Shown here piece by piece: positions 1 to 14,821 of a DNA stretch of 64,000 nt. The notes beneath the pieces were generated by a model, which searched no databases, was not told the DNA's origin, and saw only the letters and a program-made list of their open reading frames with translations. This DNA comes from Octopus sinensis (Eukaryota). The DNA lies in NCBI RefSeq assembly GCF_006345805.1, contig NC_043012.1:11284001-11348000 (forward strand). Direction: 5' to 3'. A program made the position numbers and the translations under genes. Numbering within the stretch: position 1 is the first letter of the stretch; the number at the start of each line of letters is the position of its first letter.

Positions 1-110
1 TTACGTCAAAGTCTTTGTCTTCTGTTTGATTTTTATGGTTAAGGTTGTTTAAAACAAAATATTGAAATAAATGCAACTTAGTTGGAGAAAACAGAACAAT
101 ATTATAAATT

Positions 111-485
111 GGAGTGGCTGTGTGGTAAATAGCTTGCTTACCAACCACATGGTTCCGGGTTCAGTCCCACTGCATGGCATCTTGGGCAAGTGTCTTCTAC
201 TATAGCCTCGGGCCGACCAAAACCTTGTGAGTGGATTTGGTAGACGGAAACTGAAAGAAGCCCGTCATATATATGTATGTGTTTGTGTGTCTGTGTTTGT
301 CCCCCGAACATCACTTGACAACTGATGCTGGTGTGTTTGCATCCCTGTAACTTAGTGGTTCGGCAAAAGAGTCCGATAGAATAAGTACTAGGCTTACAAA
401 GAATAAGCCCTGGGGTCGATTTGCTCGATTAAAGGCTGTGTTCCAGCATGGCCGCAGTCAGATGACTGAAACAAGTAAAAGAGTA
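111..485 (+). mobile_element. SINE family A (tRNA-derived, CORE-like), full length
   Basis: A-box-like TGGCTGTGTGGTAA, B-box-like GGTTCAGTCCC, CTTGGGCAAGT motif, internal TA/TG tract, 3' AAACAAGTAAAAGAG tail; many copies in window. Confidence 0.9.
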
Positions 486-699
486 TCACAGATTTGAGAG
501 TGAAAAGGGTAACAGAGGCATCAACAACCACAATACCAATTTTACTAATTGCTGGATAGCAAGTAATATAAACACACATACATACATGCATATAAACATA
601 CATACATACATATCAAATTGGCATTTATAAAGTTAAATAATATTTGAATATAATAGTTTATGTTAATGATGTATATATTCCTTTCTACTTTGAGGGTGG

Positions 700-870
700 G
701 GCAGCTAGTTGATTACATCAACCCCAGTATTCAACTGGTACCTATTTTCTTGACCCTGAAAGGACAAAGGGCAAAGTCAACCTTTGTGGAATTTGACCTC
801 GGAGCATAAGGTTGGACAGAATGCCACAAACCATTTTGTCCGGCATGCTAATGGTACTGTTAGTTCACCT
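700..870 (-). mobile_element. SINE family B, degenerate
   Basis: Diverged match to the family B copies at 32076 and 34760. Confidence 0.65.
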
Positions 871-959
871 CCAAAATAACAATGTACTTAGTGATTCTTA
901 ACAAGTTCCAACATATTTGAATGTAAAAAGGTTTTTTTTTTGCATTTCACCTTCAGAAA

Positions 960-1079
960 GCAACAAAAGAAAGAAAGAGACCTCGCTATTATGTAAATAG
1001 AGGAATTTATCTGTAAATGTAATATGTGACAATTATTCGGTAACCATGATAAAACTCCAAGTTTTGGATAGGATATAAT

Positions 1080-1081
<2 letters not shown>
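960..1081 (-). mobile_element. Penelope-like LTR fragment with decayed hammerhead 3' half
   Basis: Minus strand GGAT-tatatcct-ATCC-aAAACTtGGAGTT resembles stem II, GAAA and stem III after CpG decay. Confidence 0.35.
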
Positions 1082-1112
<31 letters not shown>

Positions 1113-1115
<3 letters not shown>

Positions 1116-1253
1116 CTCTCCTTGTTTTTTCTGTGTCCCTTTGTGTAGAAGAGTGTAGGATCGAAACGTAAAAGACTTTTTTTATTCCTGAGCGTTATAC
1201 TAATACATCTGTTTGTTTTGCACACCACCTGTCTTTGTCTTTTGTTTTTTTTG
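1113..1253 (+). mobile_element. Penelope-like LTR family P1, copy 1 (mutated hammerhead motif at ~1138-1176)
   Basis: Nearly identical to 60664-60807; contains TGTAGAAGAGTGTAGGATCGAAACGTAAAAG. Confidence 0.7.
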
Positions 1254-1282
1254 TATATATGCATATATATATAGGGTATATA

Positions 1283-1365
<83 letters not shown>

Positions 1366-1759
1366 GGGCTTATATGCATGGTCAGTAAGTCTGTAGAATA
1401 TTATATATTTATATCTATAACTACGACATTCATTCCTTGAAATTTATTCTCTGTGCATTATGTTCTTAATGTCAGAATTAAAGCCTCGTATCATATGTAC
1501 TATTTATGAAGGCTGGTATTGCTTGTCACAGCTACTATCATTTATCAACCAGGAAACAAATTTTAATAGAACAAGTGTTAAGAGTTAGCCTGGAGTTTTT
1601 TTTTTTGTTTAACATCAACTGAATATATTAGTTCTCTCCAGAAATGATTGATTCCGGTGTCATTCTTAAATTACCGAAATTCTTTTCCATTCTGCATTAC
1701 TCTGCTTCTTTCAAAACAAACGTATTTTTTATTCATTCATTCAAACATAATATAAATTT

Positions 1760-1819
1760 TTATATGTGTATGTGTGTGTGTTTATGTGTATGTCTATGTG
1801 TGCGTGTGTATATATATAT

Positions 1820-1875
<56 letters not shown>

Positions 1876-1929
1876 ATATACATGTGTGTGCATATATATA
1901 TACATACATACATATATATATATATTTTT

Positions 1930-1978
<49 letters not shown>

Positions 1979-2115
1979 TGTACTTATACATATATATATA
2001 TATATACATATTTATATATATATATGTGTGTGTATGTATGTGTGTATATGTATGTATGTATGTGTATATGTATGTATATACATATACACAAACACACATG
2101 TATGTATACATAATT
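1760..2115. repeat. Compound (TA)n/(TG)n/(CA)n microsatellite
   Basis: Directly visible. Confidence 0.95.
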
Positions 2116-4011
2116 ATGTGATGACATGGGGCAGACATTTTGTGTGTTAGGACAGTTACAGTAATGAGAAGAAGAGAAAAAAAATGTCCGTCATAGACGA
2201 AAGTGGCTGTCTTACATATTAAAATATCCCAGGGTGACTGAGTCTTAGATATAAACATAGACCAGTGTGACAGTCTCATTATTATTATTATTATTATTAT
2301 TATAGATGTTACGGTTCGAGTGAGGGAGCAACATCATTTAGTGCTCTGAAGACATTGCATGAAAGCTAAAATGTGTTTGTGTGGGAGTGTGAGGTAAGGT
2401 TGGTACAAATTAGGAATCATAACAGACTTGTTGCTGTTGTTGTTGTTGTTGTTGATAGTGATGGTGGTGGTGGTGGTGGTGGTGGTGGTGGTGTTAAAGT
2501 CTGTATTGTTAAATCTTTTCCCTGATTCTTTAATAATGTGAACTTGCCCTAATTAGAGATCTAAGACTGGGTGCAGAGAGGGAGACAGATATCCGATGTT
2601 GGTGATGATGAGGGCGATTCTGAGACTATGGGGATTATGAAGATGACTGCAATGATAATTAAGCTCATGATGATGATGATGATGATAATGGCGACAATAG
2701 ATATTTAGGTTCACACACTCACACACACACACAGAGTCAGTTCCATTTCTTTGCCAACGTCAGCGAGGTACCACGGTGCACAAAGTATATAAAGAATTAT
2801 GTTGTTATCTCAAGCTTTAGAAATCTCTGAGAACCAGAATCTCTGAGAAGAAGAAGAAGAAAAAAAGAGGAAAAAAAATATTAAAAAATGTATTTTTAGT
2901 TAGTTTCTTGTTGAAATCTGAGAGTTTAGGATTCATAATGGCTATTGGCACCATATTCTTTATCTTCTTTTTGCTTTTCTCTCTTCTTGCTTCTTTCTTT
3001 CTCTCTTTCTCTCTTTTTTCATTACCGTTTTATCTTTGTTTTTTTTTCTTTCTTTTATCCTTTCTGTCTTCATCATTCTCTTTCTTTCCTTCTCTTTCAT
3101 TATTTCTCTTTCGCAAAATATTCGAGAAACTGAGTGAAACATAAGTTGTGTAACCCCAGGTCTGTCGTGATGAAGCATACACATGATCATTATTCTCATT
3201 ACTCATTACAATTAACATATTTCTTGATCCACTGCAGCAACATGTTACTGCCCACTTGACTGTCATTCTTTTGGGCAGCTGGCGACCCATGGCCATCTGG
3301 TTTTTTTTTTACTCATTCCTATATGCTGTAATAGTGGTGGTGGTGGTGATGGTATGGGGAATTGTCAGAAGGTTTTGGCAATGGTATTGGTAAAGACAGT
3401 GGCGGTGGTGGTGGTGGTGGTAGCTGTGTCAGGATGATGATGATGATGATAATGGTGATAGTGATGCTGTTTTAATATTTATTTTTTGCTCTAAAACACA
3501 AAATTTCAATCAATTCAGTCAAAGAAAATTGAAATTCAATGACTTGCTTGATTCTCTTCGAGAAAATTCTTTCAGCACATGTTTGTTTTTTGTTTTTTTT
3601 ATAGCTTGCTGTTGATTTTTTTTGTTTGTAGAGGTGGGGGTGGCAGAGGTGGGTGTTCATTCTGCAATTTATTTATTTATTTATTTATATAGTTAATTTA
3701 TTTTCTGGTGGCAATTAATATTCTTGGTGTGTGGTCATTGTTGTTGATGTTGCTGTTGTCATCAAAACTCATCTTCCGCATCATCATCATCATCGTTGTC
3801 ATCATCATCATCATCATCATTATTTCTAGACTTCAATTACTCCACTGTCACCACCATCACTTCCCACCACAGTCTCCCCATTTATCTATCCCAACTCACT
3901 TTCCTCCACTACCTAGACTTAACCCCCACCCCACCAACGTTATCAATCCCCTAGTGTAGGGGCCATCACAGATAACAGAGTAGCTCTGTCTGTTTCTGAT
4001 ACTAAAAGAAG

Positions 4012-4013
<2 letters not shown>

Positions 4014-4072
<59 letters not shown>

Positions 4073-4123
4073 TGTTTGTGTTTGTGTTTGTCTGTGTGTG
4101 TGTTTGTGTTTGTCTGTGTGTGT

Positions 4124-4158
<35 letters not shown>
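4014..4158. repeat. (TG)n / (TGTTTG)n microsatellite
   Basis: Directly visible. Confidence 0.95.
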
Positions 4159-4159
<1 letters not shown>

Positions 4160-4645
4160 AAGAGTGGCTGTGTGATAAGAAGCTTGCTTCCCAACCACAT
4201 GGTTCTGGGTTCAGTCCCACTGTGTGACACCTTGGGCAAGTGTCTTCTACTACAGCCTTGGGCCGGCCAAAGCGTTGCTTGTGAGGGAATTTGGTAGACA
4301 GAAACTGATGGATGATAGTGATGCTGACTTGATATTTATCTTTTGCTCTGAAACACAAAATTTCAATTAATTATATGCACATATACATGTGTGTGTGTGT
4401 GTGTGCGTGTGTGTGTGTGTGTGTATTTCTGTATATTTGTGTGCCTGTGTTTGTCCCCCCACCATCACTTGACAACTGATGTTGGTGGGTTTACATCTCT
4501 GTAACTTAGCAGTTCGGCAAAATGAGACTGATAGAATAAATACTAGGCTTACAAAGAATAAGTCCTGGGGGCGATTTGTTCAACTAAAGGTGGTACTCCA
4601 GCATGGCCACTGTCAAAATGACTGAAACAAATAAAAGAAAAAAAG
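4160..4645 (+). mobile_element. SINE family A, interrupted by a 60-bp local duplication
   Basis: Head 4160-4308 and 3' half ~4430-4645 match family A. Confidence 0.85.
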
Positions 4646-4656
4646 AAAAAAGAATA

Positions 4657-4820
4657 CAGGTGCAGGAGTAGCTGTGTGGTAAGAAGCTTGCTTCCCAACC
4701 ACATGGTTCTGGGTTCAGTCCCTCTGTGTGGCACCTTGGGTAAGTGTCTTCTACTATAGCCTTAGGCTGACCAAAGCTTTGTGAGTGGGTTTGGTAGATG
4801 GAAACTGAAAGAAGCCCATT
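4657..4820 (+). mobile_element. SINE family A, 5' half
   Basis: Head through GAAACTGAAAGAAGCCC. Confidence 0.85.
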
Positions 4821-5018
4821 ATTTGTACACACATTAGTGATTCACTGAATGATCCATAGATTTTTTATGGGGTAAACATATATAATGGTGGCAATCTTAT
4901 ACGGAATTTGGTGAGTGGTGTGAACCCTACTGAAAAGGGTTGGCTGACACCATTGACAGTATAGGGATATCATGACTGCTGATTTTGGCCATTTATGGTC
5001 ATTGTCAGTATGTATGTA

Positions 5019-5426
5019 GGAGTGGCTGTGTGGTAAGTATCTTGCTTACCAACCATATGGTTCTGGGTTCAGTCCCACTGCGTGGCACCTTGGGCAAATG
5101 TCTTCTACTATAGCCTCGGGCCGACCAAAGCCTTGTGAGTGGATTTGGTAGACGGAAACTGAAAGAAGCCCATCGTATATATGTTCATATATATATATTT
5201 ATATGTATGTGTGGTGTGTATATGTTTGTGAGTCTGTGTTTGTCCCCCCAACATCGCTTGAAAACCGATGCTGGTGTGTTTACATCTCTGTAACTTAGCG
5301 GTTCGCCAAAAGAGACCGGTAGAATAAGTACTAAGCTTACAAAGAATAAGTCCTGTGGTCGATTTGCTCGACTAAAGGCAGTGCTCCAGCACGGCCACAG
5401 TCAAATGACTGAAGCAAGTAAAAGTA
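5019..5426 (+). mobile_element. SINE family A, full length
   Basis: Matches 111-485 end to end. Confidence 0.9.
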
Positions 5427-5484
5427 TGTGCATCAGAGTACTTTAGCTCTTATTTCTAGCATTGTAGGTGTTCTAACGCCCTGT

Positions 5485-6206
5485 CATATTTTATATATAT
5501 ATATTATATATATATTATATATATATATGTATATATATATATGTATATATAATTTGATATATATATATGTATATATATATATGTATATATATATATGTAA
5601 TATATATAATTATATATATATATGTATATATATATATGTATTATAATATGTATTATATATATGTATATATATATATGTATTATATATAATATATAGATAT
5701 ATATATGTATATATATATATGTATATATATATATGTATATATATATATGTATAATATATATATAGTTATATATATATGTATAGATATATATGTATATAAT
5801 ATATATGTATATATATATATTGTATATATATATGTATATATATATGTATATATATATATGTATATATATATATGTATATATGTATATGTATATATGTATA
5901 TGTATATATGTATATGTATATATGTATATGTATATATGTATATGTATATATTATATATGTATATATGTATATATGTATATATGTATGTATATGTGTATAT
6001 GTATATGTATATGTGTATATGTATATGTATATATGTATATGTATATATATATATGTATATATGTATATATGTATATGTGTATATTATATGTGTATATGTA
6101 TATGTGTATATGTATATGTATATGTGTATATGTATATGTGTATATGTATATGTATATGTATATATATATATGTATTATATTATATGTATGATATATATAT
6201 ATATTG

Positions 6207-6250
<44 letters not shown>

Positions 6251-6350
6251 ATGTATATGTATATGTATAGTATATGTATATGTATATATATATATATATG
6301 TATATATATGTATATATATATTGTATATATATATGGATATATATATAATG

Positions 6351-6381
<31 letters not shown>

Positions 6382-6835
6382 GTATATATATATATGTATG
6401 TTAGATATATATTGTTATATATATATATAGGTATATATATATATAATATATAGTATATATGTATATGTATATTTATAGTATATGTATATGTATATATATA
6501 TTATATATATGTCTATAGATGTATATATATATATGTATAAATATATGTGATATATATATATGTAGATATATATGTATATATATATATATGTATATACTAT
6601 ATATGTATGTATATATATATGTATATATTATATATATATGTATATATCTATATTATATGTATATATAATATATATATTGTATATATATATATATATGCTA
6701 TATATATGATATATGTATATATATGTATATATATGTATATTATATGTATATATATGTATATATTATGTATTATATATGTATCTATATATATATATGTGTA
6801 TAGATATATATATATGTGATGTATATATATATATA

Positions 6836-6870
<35 letters not shown>
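5485..6870. repeat. ~1.4 kb degenerate (TA)n/(TATATG)n block
   Basis: Directly visible. Confidence 0.95.
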
Positions 6871-6872
<2 letters not shown>

Positions 6873-7130
6873 TGTATGTGCAGGTCTTGTGTCGGTGTGT
6901 CCCCCCCCCTATGATTGACAGCTGATGTGGTATATTTACATCCTTGAAACTTAGCAGTTCAGCAAAAGACTCTGATACAAATAAAGTACCTAGCTTAAAA
7001 ATTTGTTCATGGGTCACTCTTTCCACTTGTGACCATCTCATCTTTTCCCTGTATGCAGAGAACCCAGGTGGTGGTGGTGACTGGAGAAAGATTTGCTTGA
7101 TGTTCCCAGCTGGTCAAATGACCATAGAGA

Positions 7131-7474
7131 TAAAGGTTTCTCAACCATTTTTTTGTCCCTTGATTGCTATTTTATTCTGGTGGACCCCTTAGTCATTCTA
7201 TGTCTAAAGGGTAGTTTTGTAGAAACGTCTTTCAAAATTCCTATTTTGTTTTTACACAGTAACTTGTGTGGTTTGAACTATGTAAAGCGTTAGAGAAAGA
7301 GACCTAGCTGTTTCTTGCAATACATACCAATGCATACATCTAAAGCAAAATTTCTTCAGGGGTCCTCAAGAAACTATTCTGGGTTTCCAATTTACTAGTT
7401 TGTAGCATGGACCCCTAAAAATCTTATATGTTCCCCCCTCAGGGGACATGTGGACTCCAGTTGAGATCCAATGG
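7131..7474. mobile_element. hAT (Charlie-type) MITE relic
   Basis: Decayed termini GGTTTCTCAACC ... CAGTTGAGATCCAATG and internal TGGACCCC repeats; termini resemble the element at 14484. Confidence 0.5.
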
Positions 7475-7879
7475 TTTGGAGAATTTGAAAATGTAGGTGT
7501 GTGAGATCAAAGATGTAAAATGGGTACAGTGTGTATATACCATATTCCAAGAGTTTTTGCTCCTTCATCATCACCCATAAAACCCATTAACCATCCACAA
7601 ATATATTGCTTAAATAGCCATTAAATGTCATGGTGTAACATTGTTAGATATACCAATTTTACAATGAGTTTTTCGAGGGTCATTGGGTTAGATGGGTGTT
7701 GATAAAGGATCAAAAACTCCTGGAATATGGCATATCCGTCTGTTACCCATGTTTCATCTTTGATCTCAGTGTTGTTTACATTTGGTGTCTCCAATAAGAA
7801 ATGTTGTAACGAAATCAATCTGGCTATAATTTTGATAGAAAATTCTGTAAAAATGGCCTTAACAAGAATAAACGTTAGG

Positions 7880-8075
7880 CTTACTCTTTTACTTATTTCA
7901 GTCATTTGACTGCGGCCATGCTGGAGCACCGCCTTTAATCGAACAAATCGACCCCAGGACTTATTCTCTGTAAGCTTTAAAAAACAAATTAATACTGGGG
8001 TCAATTCATTCAATTATGATTCTTCGAGCCAGTGCCCCAGCATGGCAACAGTCTAGTGACTGAAATAAGTAAAAA
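7880..8075. mobile_element. Two family A 3' tails in inverted orientation
   Basis: 7880-7975 on the minus strand, ~7985-8075 on the plus strand. Confidence 0.7.
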
Positions 8076-8443
8076 AAAAAACATCCCTCAATACACACAT
8101 GTACACAATAGCAAAATACACAGATAACAGTACACAACTGCACTCACATTCAACATACAACAGTTTACAACTTTGCACACACAAAGGCCTTTTGTACAAA
8201 CAATAGCTGAGCAGTAAGAAAGAGTTGAAGGTCACATGACTGAACAAAGAAAAGAGTGAATGAGTTGGGTGGGGTCAGGGTGTTTCTGGTTGTGTCTCAG
8301 CATTGTAGTCTAGTGATAATCCCTCAGATCGGCTGCAAGGTTATGAAGTTCATTTCAACTACGTCATTCCAGGTTTGATTCCATTTCAGAGCAGCACCTT
8401 GAGCATGTCTCTCAACTAATATCTTGTAAGTAATATTTTGGAA

Positions 8444-8701
8444 GTGGAGGCGCGTGGCTTAGTAGTTAGGGTGTCAGCATCATAATCGTGAGATTGTGGT
8501 TTCGATTCCTGGACTGGGCGACGTGTTGTGCTCTTGAGCAAAACACTTCATTTCACATTGCTCCAGTCCACTCAGCTGGCAAAAATAAGTAATTCTGCGA
8601 TGGACTGGCGTCCCATCCAGCTGGGGAACACATACGCCATTGAAACCAGGAAACCGGGTCCATGAGCCTGGTTAGGCTTTAAAAGGGCACAAAGAAAAAA
8701 G
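8444..8701 (+). mobile_element. SINE family C (head H1 + V-domain-like tail T1) with 12-bp TSD
   Basis: tRNA-like head, GATGGACTGGCGTCCCATCCAG motif, TSD AATATTTTGGAA at 8432-8443 and 8702-8713. Confidence 0.88.
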
Positions 8702-10078
8702 AATATTTTGGAAACAGAAACAAACCTGTTGTATACAACAGAGGTAAGGAGAAAGTTTAAAAAAATCAAAATAGTTATGAGTGATGTACCCTGATATATT
8801 TGCTCTGTCCTGGTTAATTGCCACTCCCTTATCACTTTTGCTGTCACAAACAGCAAGCAAAGAATGTTCTATTAGAAAATCAATGACTCTATAATCATCA
8901 GTTAGGAATTAAAACTTCAAAAACATACGACGACTCTGCAATGCAGGTTTCAATTCTCAGAGAAGCCATTTTGAGGTTTTCACTTCATTTTACTTCTATC
9001 ACCCAAAGAGGAAATCCTTGCATATGTAATTGTCTGACTTGCTTTAAATAACACGGAGATCTAACTTATATCTAAAAAAATGCAGCCTTAAAGGTCCAGC
9101 AAAGCAACTCAAATCATAACCATTTTGGCCCACCTTCGTAACCTTGACAAACGTTCCCTCTCTTCTTCATTTCACAGAGTCAATCATTGACAGACTGGAT
9201 CTAGGACATGCTGTATCTTTTCTCTGTCCCTCCTTTCATCTCAGCTATAACACTCAATGCACCTCTAAACTCGTTAAATATCACACCATTACATGCCCTC
9301 CTCCTCCTCTTCTGTTACACTCTCCCCTCTCATCACTCCTACTCTCCCTCTCACCTATATCTTCCACCAGTTTTGTCTCTCCTCTCTCGGCTCTCTTCCT
9401 CCCCTACACCCAACAACGGCTATTTTACCCAACCTCTTTTCCCCAGAGATTCTTCTTGTATCTCCCACTCAGAGTTGTATAAGTTTGAAATGTCATCACA
9501 TCAATGTCCCTATACTGGGCAGTAGAGAGGGAGGGCACTGCCCCCTTCACTCCTCTTACTCCTCCCTCTCTTTCCGCCAAACCTCAAAGACGTTGTTTAA
9601 CCCCAGGACAACACTGATCAAACAGAGACCTCTGATCCAAACATCCCAGCCACTCATGCCCATTCCCATCTTAAGAGCATAAAAGAATCTCTCCTTCGTG
9701 TTTAAAGATGCTAAAAATTTGCGGTCTGAGGGAAAATTGGCTACTGCTTCTAGCAAGTCTTGTAACCACGTAGTGGCTGCCTTTGACTGTTATCGCTGAA
9801 AGGAGGAAAGAGCCTCTTCAAACGCCCTCTCCTCGTCCCACCACTCTCTCCATCTCACATTTAAATTCCATTCCATTTCATCTCCGAAATCGTGTAAACG
9901 ACACTTAGTGTCAAAGACATCGGAATTTCTTCTCTCTCTTGGCTGCTTTTTATTGCTGCCACCCAACAGAGGAACAGTTTAACAACTCCGCACAACTCCG
10001 CACGGTCTTGGTTTAATAAATAAAGCCTCACACGGCGATGATGAATGGTGCAGATATCCGTGAGTGTGTCTACGAACA

Positions 10079-10118
<40 letters not shown>

Positions 10119-10249
10119 GGCATTAGCGTGTATGCTTGTAGTGTGTATGTTACCATGAGTGCGTTTGTACTGTTTTATACGTGCGTGTATTTACCGATAG
10201 GACGCAAGAACATATGCGTATATGAATGTTTGCGAGTGAACGTAGGTGC

Positions 10250-10306
<57 letters not shown>

Positions 10307-12440
10307 GCTGAAGAAGAAAGAAAGCTTTCTGCCATTGCAGCCAATTTTTGCTGCCATCATCGCACCAGACAACCATGTAAACATCCTTCTGTCTAGCAGA
10401 CCATAGACATGAAGAGAGCTACTTTGGTAATTCTAATTTGGAACACACACACTCTCTCTCTCTCTCTCTCTCTCACTTCGGTATTTTCACACCGGCAGTC
10501 CATTTTAGTTAGTGCCAACGATCTTACGAACACACCTGGTGTCAAAGACATTCTTTTCTCTTGTCTTCTTCTAAAGTTGCCAAAATTCACAGCTATAGAA
10601 TGAAAGAATAAAGAAGACAGACTTCATAGAATTCTAGAAAATATCTAATTGATCTGTCTTCGAGGATAAATATTCTGGTTGTTTCCTCAGTGATATCTCT
10701 GCCATTATGATTCTTCCAAAGAGAGTCTCAGCATGGTGGGTGGTTCGATCTGCAGCCAAATCTCTACGAAAATCATATCTTGGTTCCAAATCCCTAACAT
10801 CATAGCAAGAGATCCAGTTTGAACTTTAAAAGAACATATTAGATGTTCTGGTGTTTGGTACACTGCGCCTTGAGATAAAGACGGGATGGGCATGGGTGGA
10901 ACACAGATCTGCTTGATCATGACCGACAATGTTTAACAGTAAGAAATTACAACTGATGATATCTACTTTTCTGTTTAGTTAAAATATATGGCCACGGTTG
11001 GAAGGCTTTTGGTCAATGATGGTTGATCATGACCTTAAACACCTACAGTGACTATGGTCGACCATTTTTAATTTCTTTCTTTTCCAAATCTAGCAGCTGA
11101 CATCGTCGTCGCCACCACTACCACCAACACCTCAACCATCACCACCATCATTAACATCAACGTCTTCCCTAATATCTCCTGTACAACTTAATAAACTCGA
11201 CTTGGTAATTTAAATCCATGATTTCACCAATGAGGTGAATGGACAGTTATGGTAACCATAGTAACCACAAGGATTCTAACAGACCAGAAGAGCGATGACG
11301 TTGAATAAAATAAAATAAAAATGATATGACAACAATATGCATATATGTGTATATGTATGTATATGTATGTGTAACGGGTGTACATATGCACGGAAACATT
11401 TTTACATCTACACTCTACGTGCACACTTACATATACCCACATATATAGATGTGTGTGTGTGCATACATGTACCAATACTCGTTGCAATATACATATTCTT
11501 CTCTACCGAGTACACACGAATCTTCTCACACGTACACACACACGTACACTAGACACAGTAGCACTTACACATGCATATGCTTCAGTGCAACAGGCCATGC
11601 ATATATCCGTATCTTTCCCCCAAATACTCCAGCAGACACATACATATATTTCTATTACTGGTTCATAACGTTATCTTGTGTAAAATAGTTTAATAGGAAA
11701 TAGAAGAGGATGCGATTGAGAGAAGCTATGCTTGTTTCACCAACACATTTATGGAACCAACATTGGAAGAGGCCATTAGTTCTGGGAGGGGTGGATGTGT
11801 TAGTTATAGATTCTATAGGAAGAATGGTTGTGTAATCTTCAAAGGATACAATGATTAACTCTTGTGTTTGGATTTGCTTTAATTCCGTATGGGGAGTGCA
11901 GTGCTGCTGGTGCGACCATTAAATTGGTGATTCTCTTGTCATACGCGTTCGATTTAAAGTTATCGTCATCGTGAAGGCAGCGGCGGCGGCGGTGGTGGTG
12001 TTTGGTGAGGGTTATTTGTTGTAAAGATAACTTTTTCGTATTTATCAGAAGAAAACATATTAGTTCCGTGAAAAATGGCGAAGATAAACTGTGGTAATTT
12101 CAAGTTAAACAACATTTATAAGAAGTCAAGGAGGTTGAGTATAGTTTTAATGTCTGAAGATGGTAAAAAATATATTGCGTAGAAAGTGCTCTTTTACTAC
12201 CGTTACCACCGCGGCCACCACCATTGTTTCTATAACAAAACACCGTCACCACCGTCGCCACTATCGAACTCCGAGATAATGCAAGGGCGCCGTAAAGGAG
12301 ATGAGAATTCTAACGATTCGATCAGGAGAAGGTGGGGAGAAAAAGGGGTCTTTTCATCTAAATAACTCGTCGTAGATAACTATTCGGGGTCTTCATTGTC
12401 AATAGATTTAGTTTGGCTCAATCGATTCGCTGCTCACAGA

Positions 12441-12488
<48 letters not shown>

Positions 12489-12654
12489 TCACTCTATTTG
12501 TGTGTGTGTGTTTGTGATTGTGTATATTCTTGTTCGTGTGTGTGTGTTTCTGCCTGTGTTGGTGATTATGCGTTTGTATTCAGAGCAATCAACTCTGCAG
12601 AGAATAAATTCTATATTCTTCAAAGTGTATATGTGTATGCGTATACGTGTATCT

Positions 12655-13070
12655 CTCTTTACTCTTTTACTCTTTACTCTTTTACTTGTTTCAGTCATTT
12701 GACTGCGGCCATGCTGGAGCACCGCCTTTAATCGAGCAACTCGACCCCGGGACTTATTCTTTGTAAGCCCAGTACTTATTCTATCGGTCTCTTTTGCCGA
12801 ACCGCTAAGTTACGGGGACATAAACACACCAGCATCGGTTGTCAAGCAATGCTAGAGGGACAAACACAGACAGACAAACATACACGCACATACATATATA
12901 CACATATATACGACGGGCTTCTTTCAGTTTCCGTCTACCAAATCCACTCACAAGGCATTGGTCGGCCAGAGGCTATAGTAGAAGACATTTGCCCAAGGTG
13001 CCACGCAGTGGGACTGAACCCGGAACCATGTGGTTGGTAAGCAAGCTACTTACCACACAGCCACTCCTGC
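12655..13070 (-). mobile_element. SINE family A, full length, CpG-intact
   Basis: Reverse complement of family A. Confidence 0.92.
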
Positions 13071-13874
13071 TATGTGTGGAAGCAGGGTACATGTATAAAT
13101 ATGTAATATTGTGTGTTTGTAAATTCGTGTGTGGCATTCGGAGCAAAATAGACCCCGAGTCATGTATTCTTCAGTGTGTACGTGTGAGTGTGTGTACGAG
13201 TGTGTGTGTGTGTTTGTGTGTACGAGTGTGAGTTTGCGCGAGTGTGTGTGTGTGCGTGTGCGCGCGTGCAATTGTTGTAGTTAGACAAATGGGCAAACTT
13301 AATGAGCTGAAATTTGGGAGGGACTTGGCTGCTCTTTCTCGTAGCAGTTTGAAATCGATCTTCTAAGACGTTTCCTAACTGACACCAAAGATTCCTTCTT
13401 TGGGTTGACACGTATGTGTAAGTATGTCAACGTGCGTCTGTGATTATTTGTGCGTGACCGATTGCATATGTACGGATTTTATCCCATGAGTGCATTCATG
13501 TGAATCTACGTATTACGTTTCTGATGGTGATGCATGTGCGCGCGTATAAATTATGTTACCTGTACTCAAGCTGCCGTCTTGTTGCAATTAAAGTTGTTAT
13601 TGAGTGAAAGACGAAATGAATTACAGTTCCAACTTGTTTTTCTTTCCACCTTAAAAATGATTAAAAGAATTATTAGGATTACACTAGTCTTTCCTCAAAA
13701 TTTCATTAAAGAAATTTAGACATTTTTCAGAAACTAATAAGGAAATTGAATTTGGCTAAGGTACAAGAGGGGAAATCACCGAATTGTAGTTGTACACCCA
13801 ACAATCTCTTGCATGACTGCGCGTGCTAGACGGGTAAAAAAATACAACAACAAACACCTTTGTTTTCACTATAT

Positions 13875-14283
13875 ACTCTTTTTTTTACTCTTTTTACTTG
13901 TTTCAGTCATTTGACTGCGGCCATGCTGGAGCACCGCCTTTAGTCGAGCAAATCGACCCCGGGACTTATTCTTTGTAAGCCCAGTACTTATTCTATCGGT
14001 CTCTTTTGCCGAACCGCTAAGTGACGGGGACGTAAACACACCAGCATCGGTTGTCAAGCAATGCTAGGGGAACAAACACAGACACACAAACATATTCACA
14101 CACATATATATATATACATATATACGACAGGCTTCTTTCAGTTTCCGTCTACCAAATCCACTCACAAGGCATTGGTCGGCCCGGGGCTATAGCAGAAGAC
14201 ACTTGCCCAAGATGCCACGCAGTGGGACTGAACCCGGAACCATGTGGTTGGTTAGCAAGCTACTTACCAAACAGCCACTCCTG
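13875..14283 (-). mobile_element. SINE family A, full length (subfamily shared with 59549)
   Basis: Reverse complement of family A; diagnostic variants shared with 59549-59914. Confidence 0.92.
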
Positions 14284-14821
14284 TTATATATAAGTTTTTT
14301 AAAAATATGAAAATACTTTTTGTACTTTCTTAGATTATAAAAATAAAGACAAAAGTGCAATAAACCCATTTGAGATTCCTGCAATCTTATTGTCAAACGA
14401 ATGTATATAAATGGAGAAAAGTCGGCGCATATTTTCCCATTCAGAGCTAACTGAAGCATCACTTCTTTCTGTACTATCTAGAGCAGCGTTTCTCAACCGG
14501 GGTTCCCCGGAACCCTAGGGTTCTGCAATACGTTCCTAGGGGTTCCCCGAGAAAGTGAGAGATAAGCTAATGCTAATTTCATGATCGTAATATTACTATA
14601 CACGCACAACATATTGGTTATTTGTAATATTATATATATATATATAATAATAAATATTAGGGAATGAATCCAAAATTACAGGGAAAAATCAGATTTAGGG
14701 TTAAATCCAATTTTATAGTAAAATATTATATAATATAATTCGAGACAAAACCACTATTTTAAAACCAAACAAGGAAAGACTTAATCAATACATAAAATTT
14801 TAATATAAATTAAATAAACCG

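Noticed and set aside
5705-6430. 241-aa and other long Y/I/M/C/V/H/T-rich ORFs (also 1644-2279, 27311-28741, 47233-47948)
   Set aside because: Translations of (TA)n/(TG)n microsatellites that lack stops by composition
10705-10929. 74-aa minus-strand ORF in unique DNA
   Set aside because: No recognisable domain or convincing splice context; cannot be excluded without RNA data
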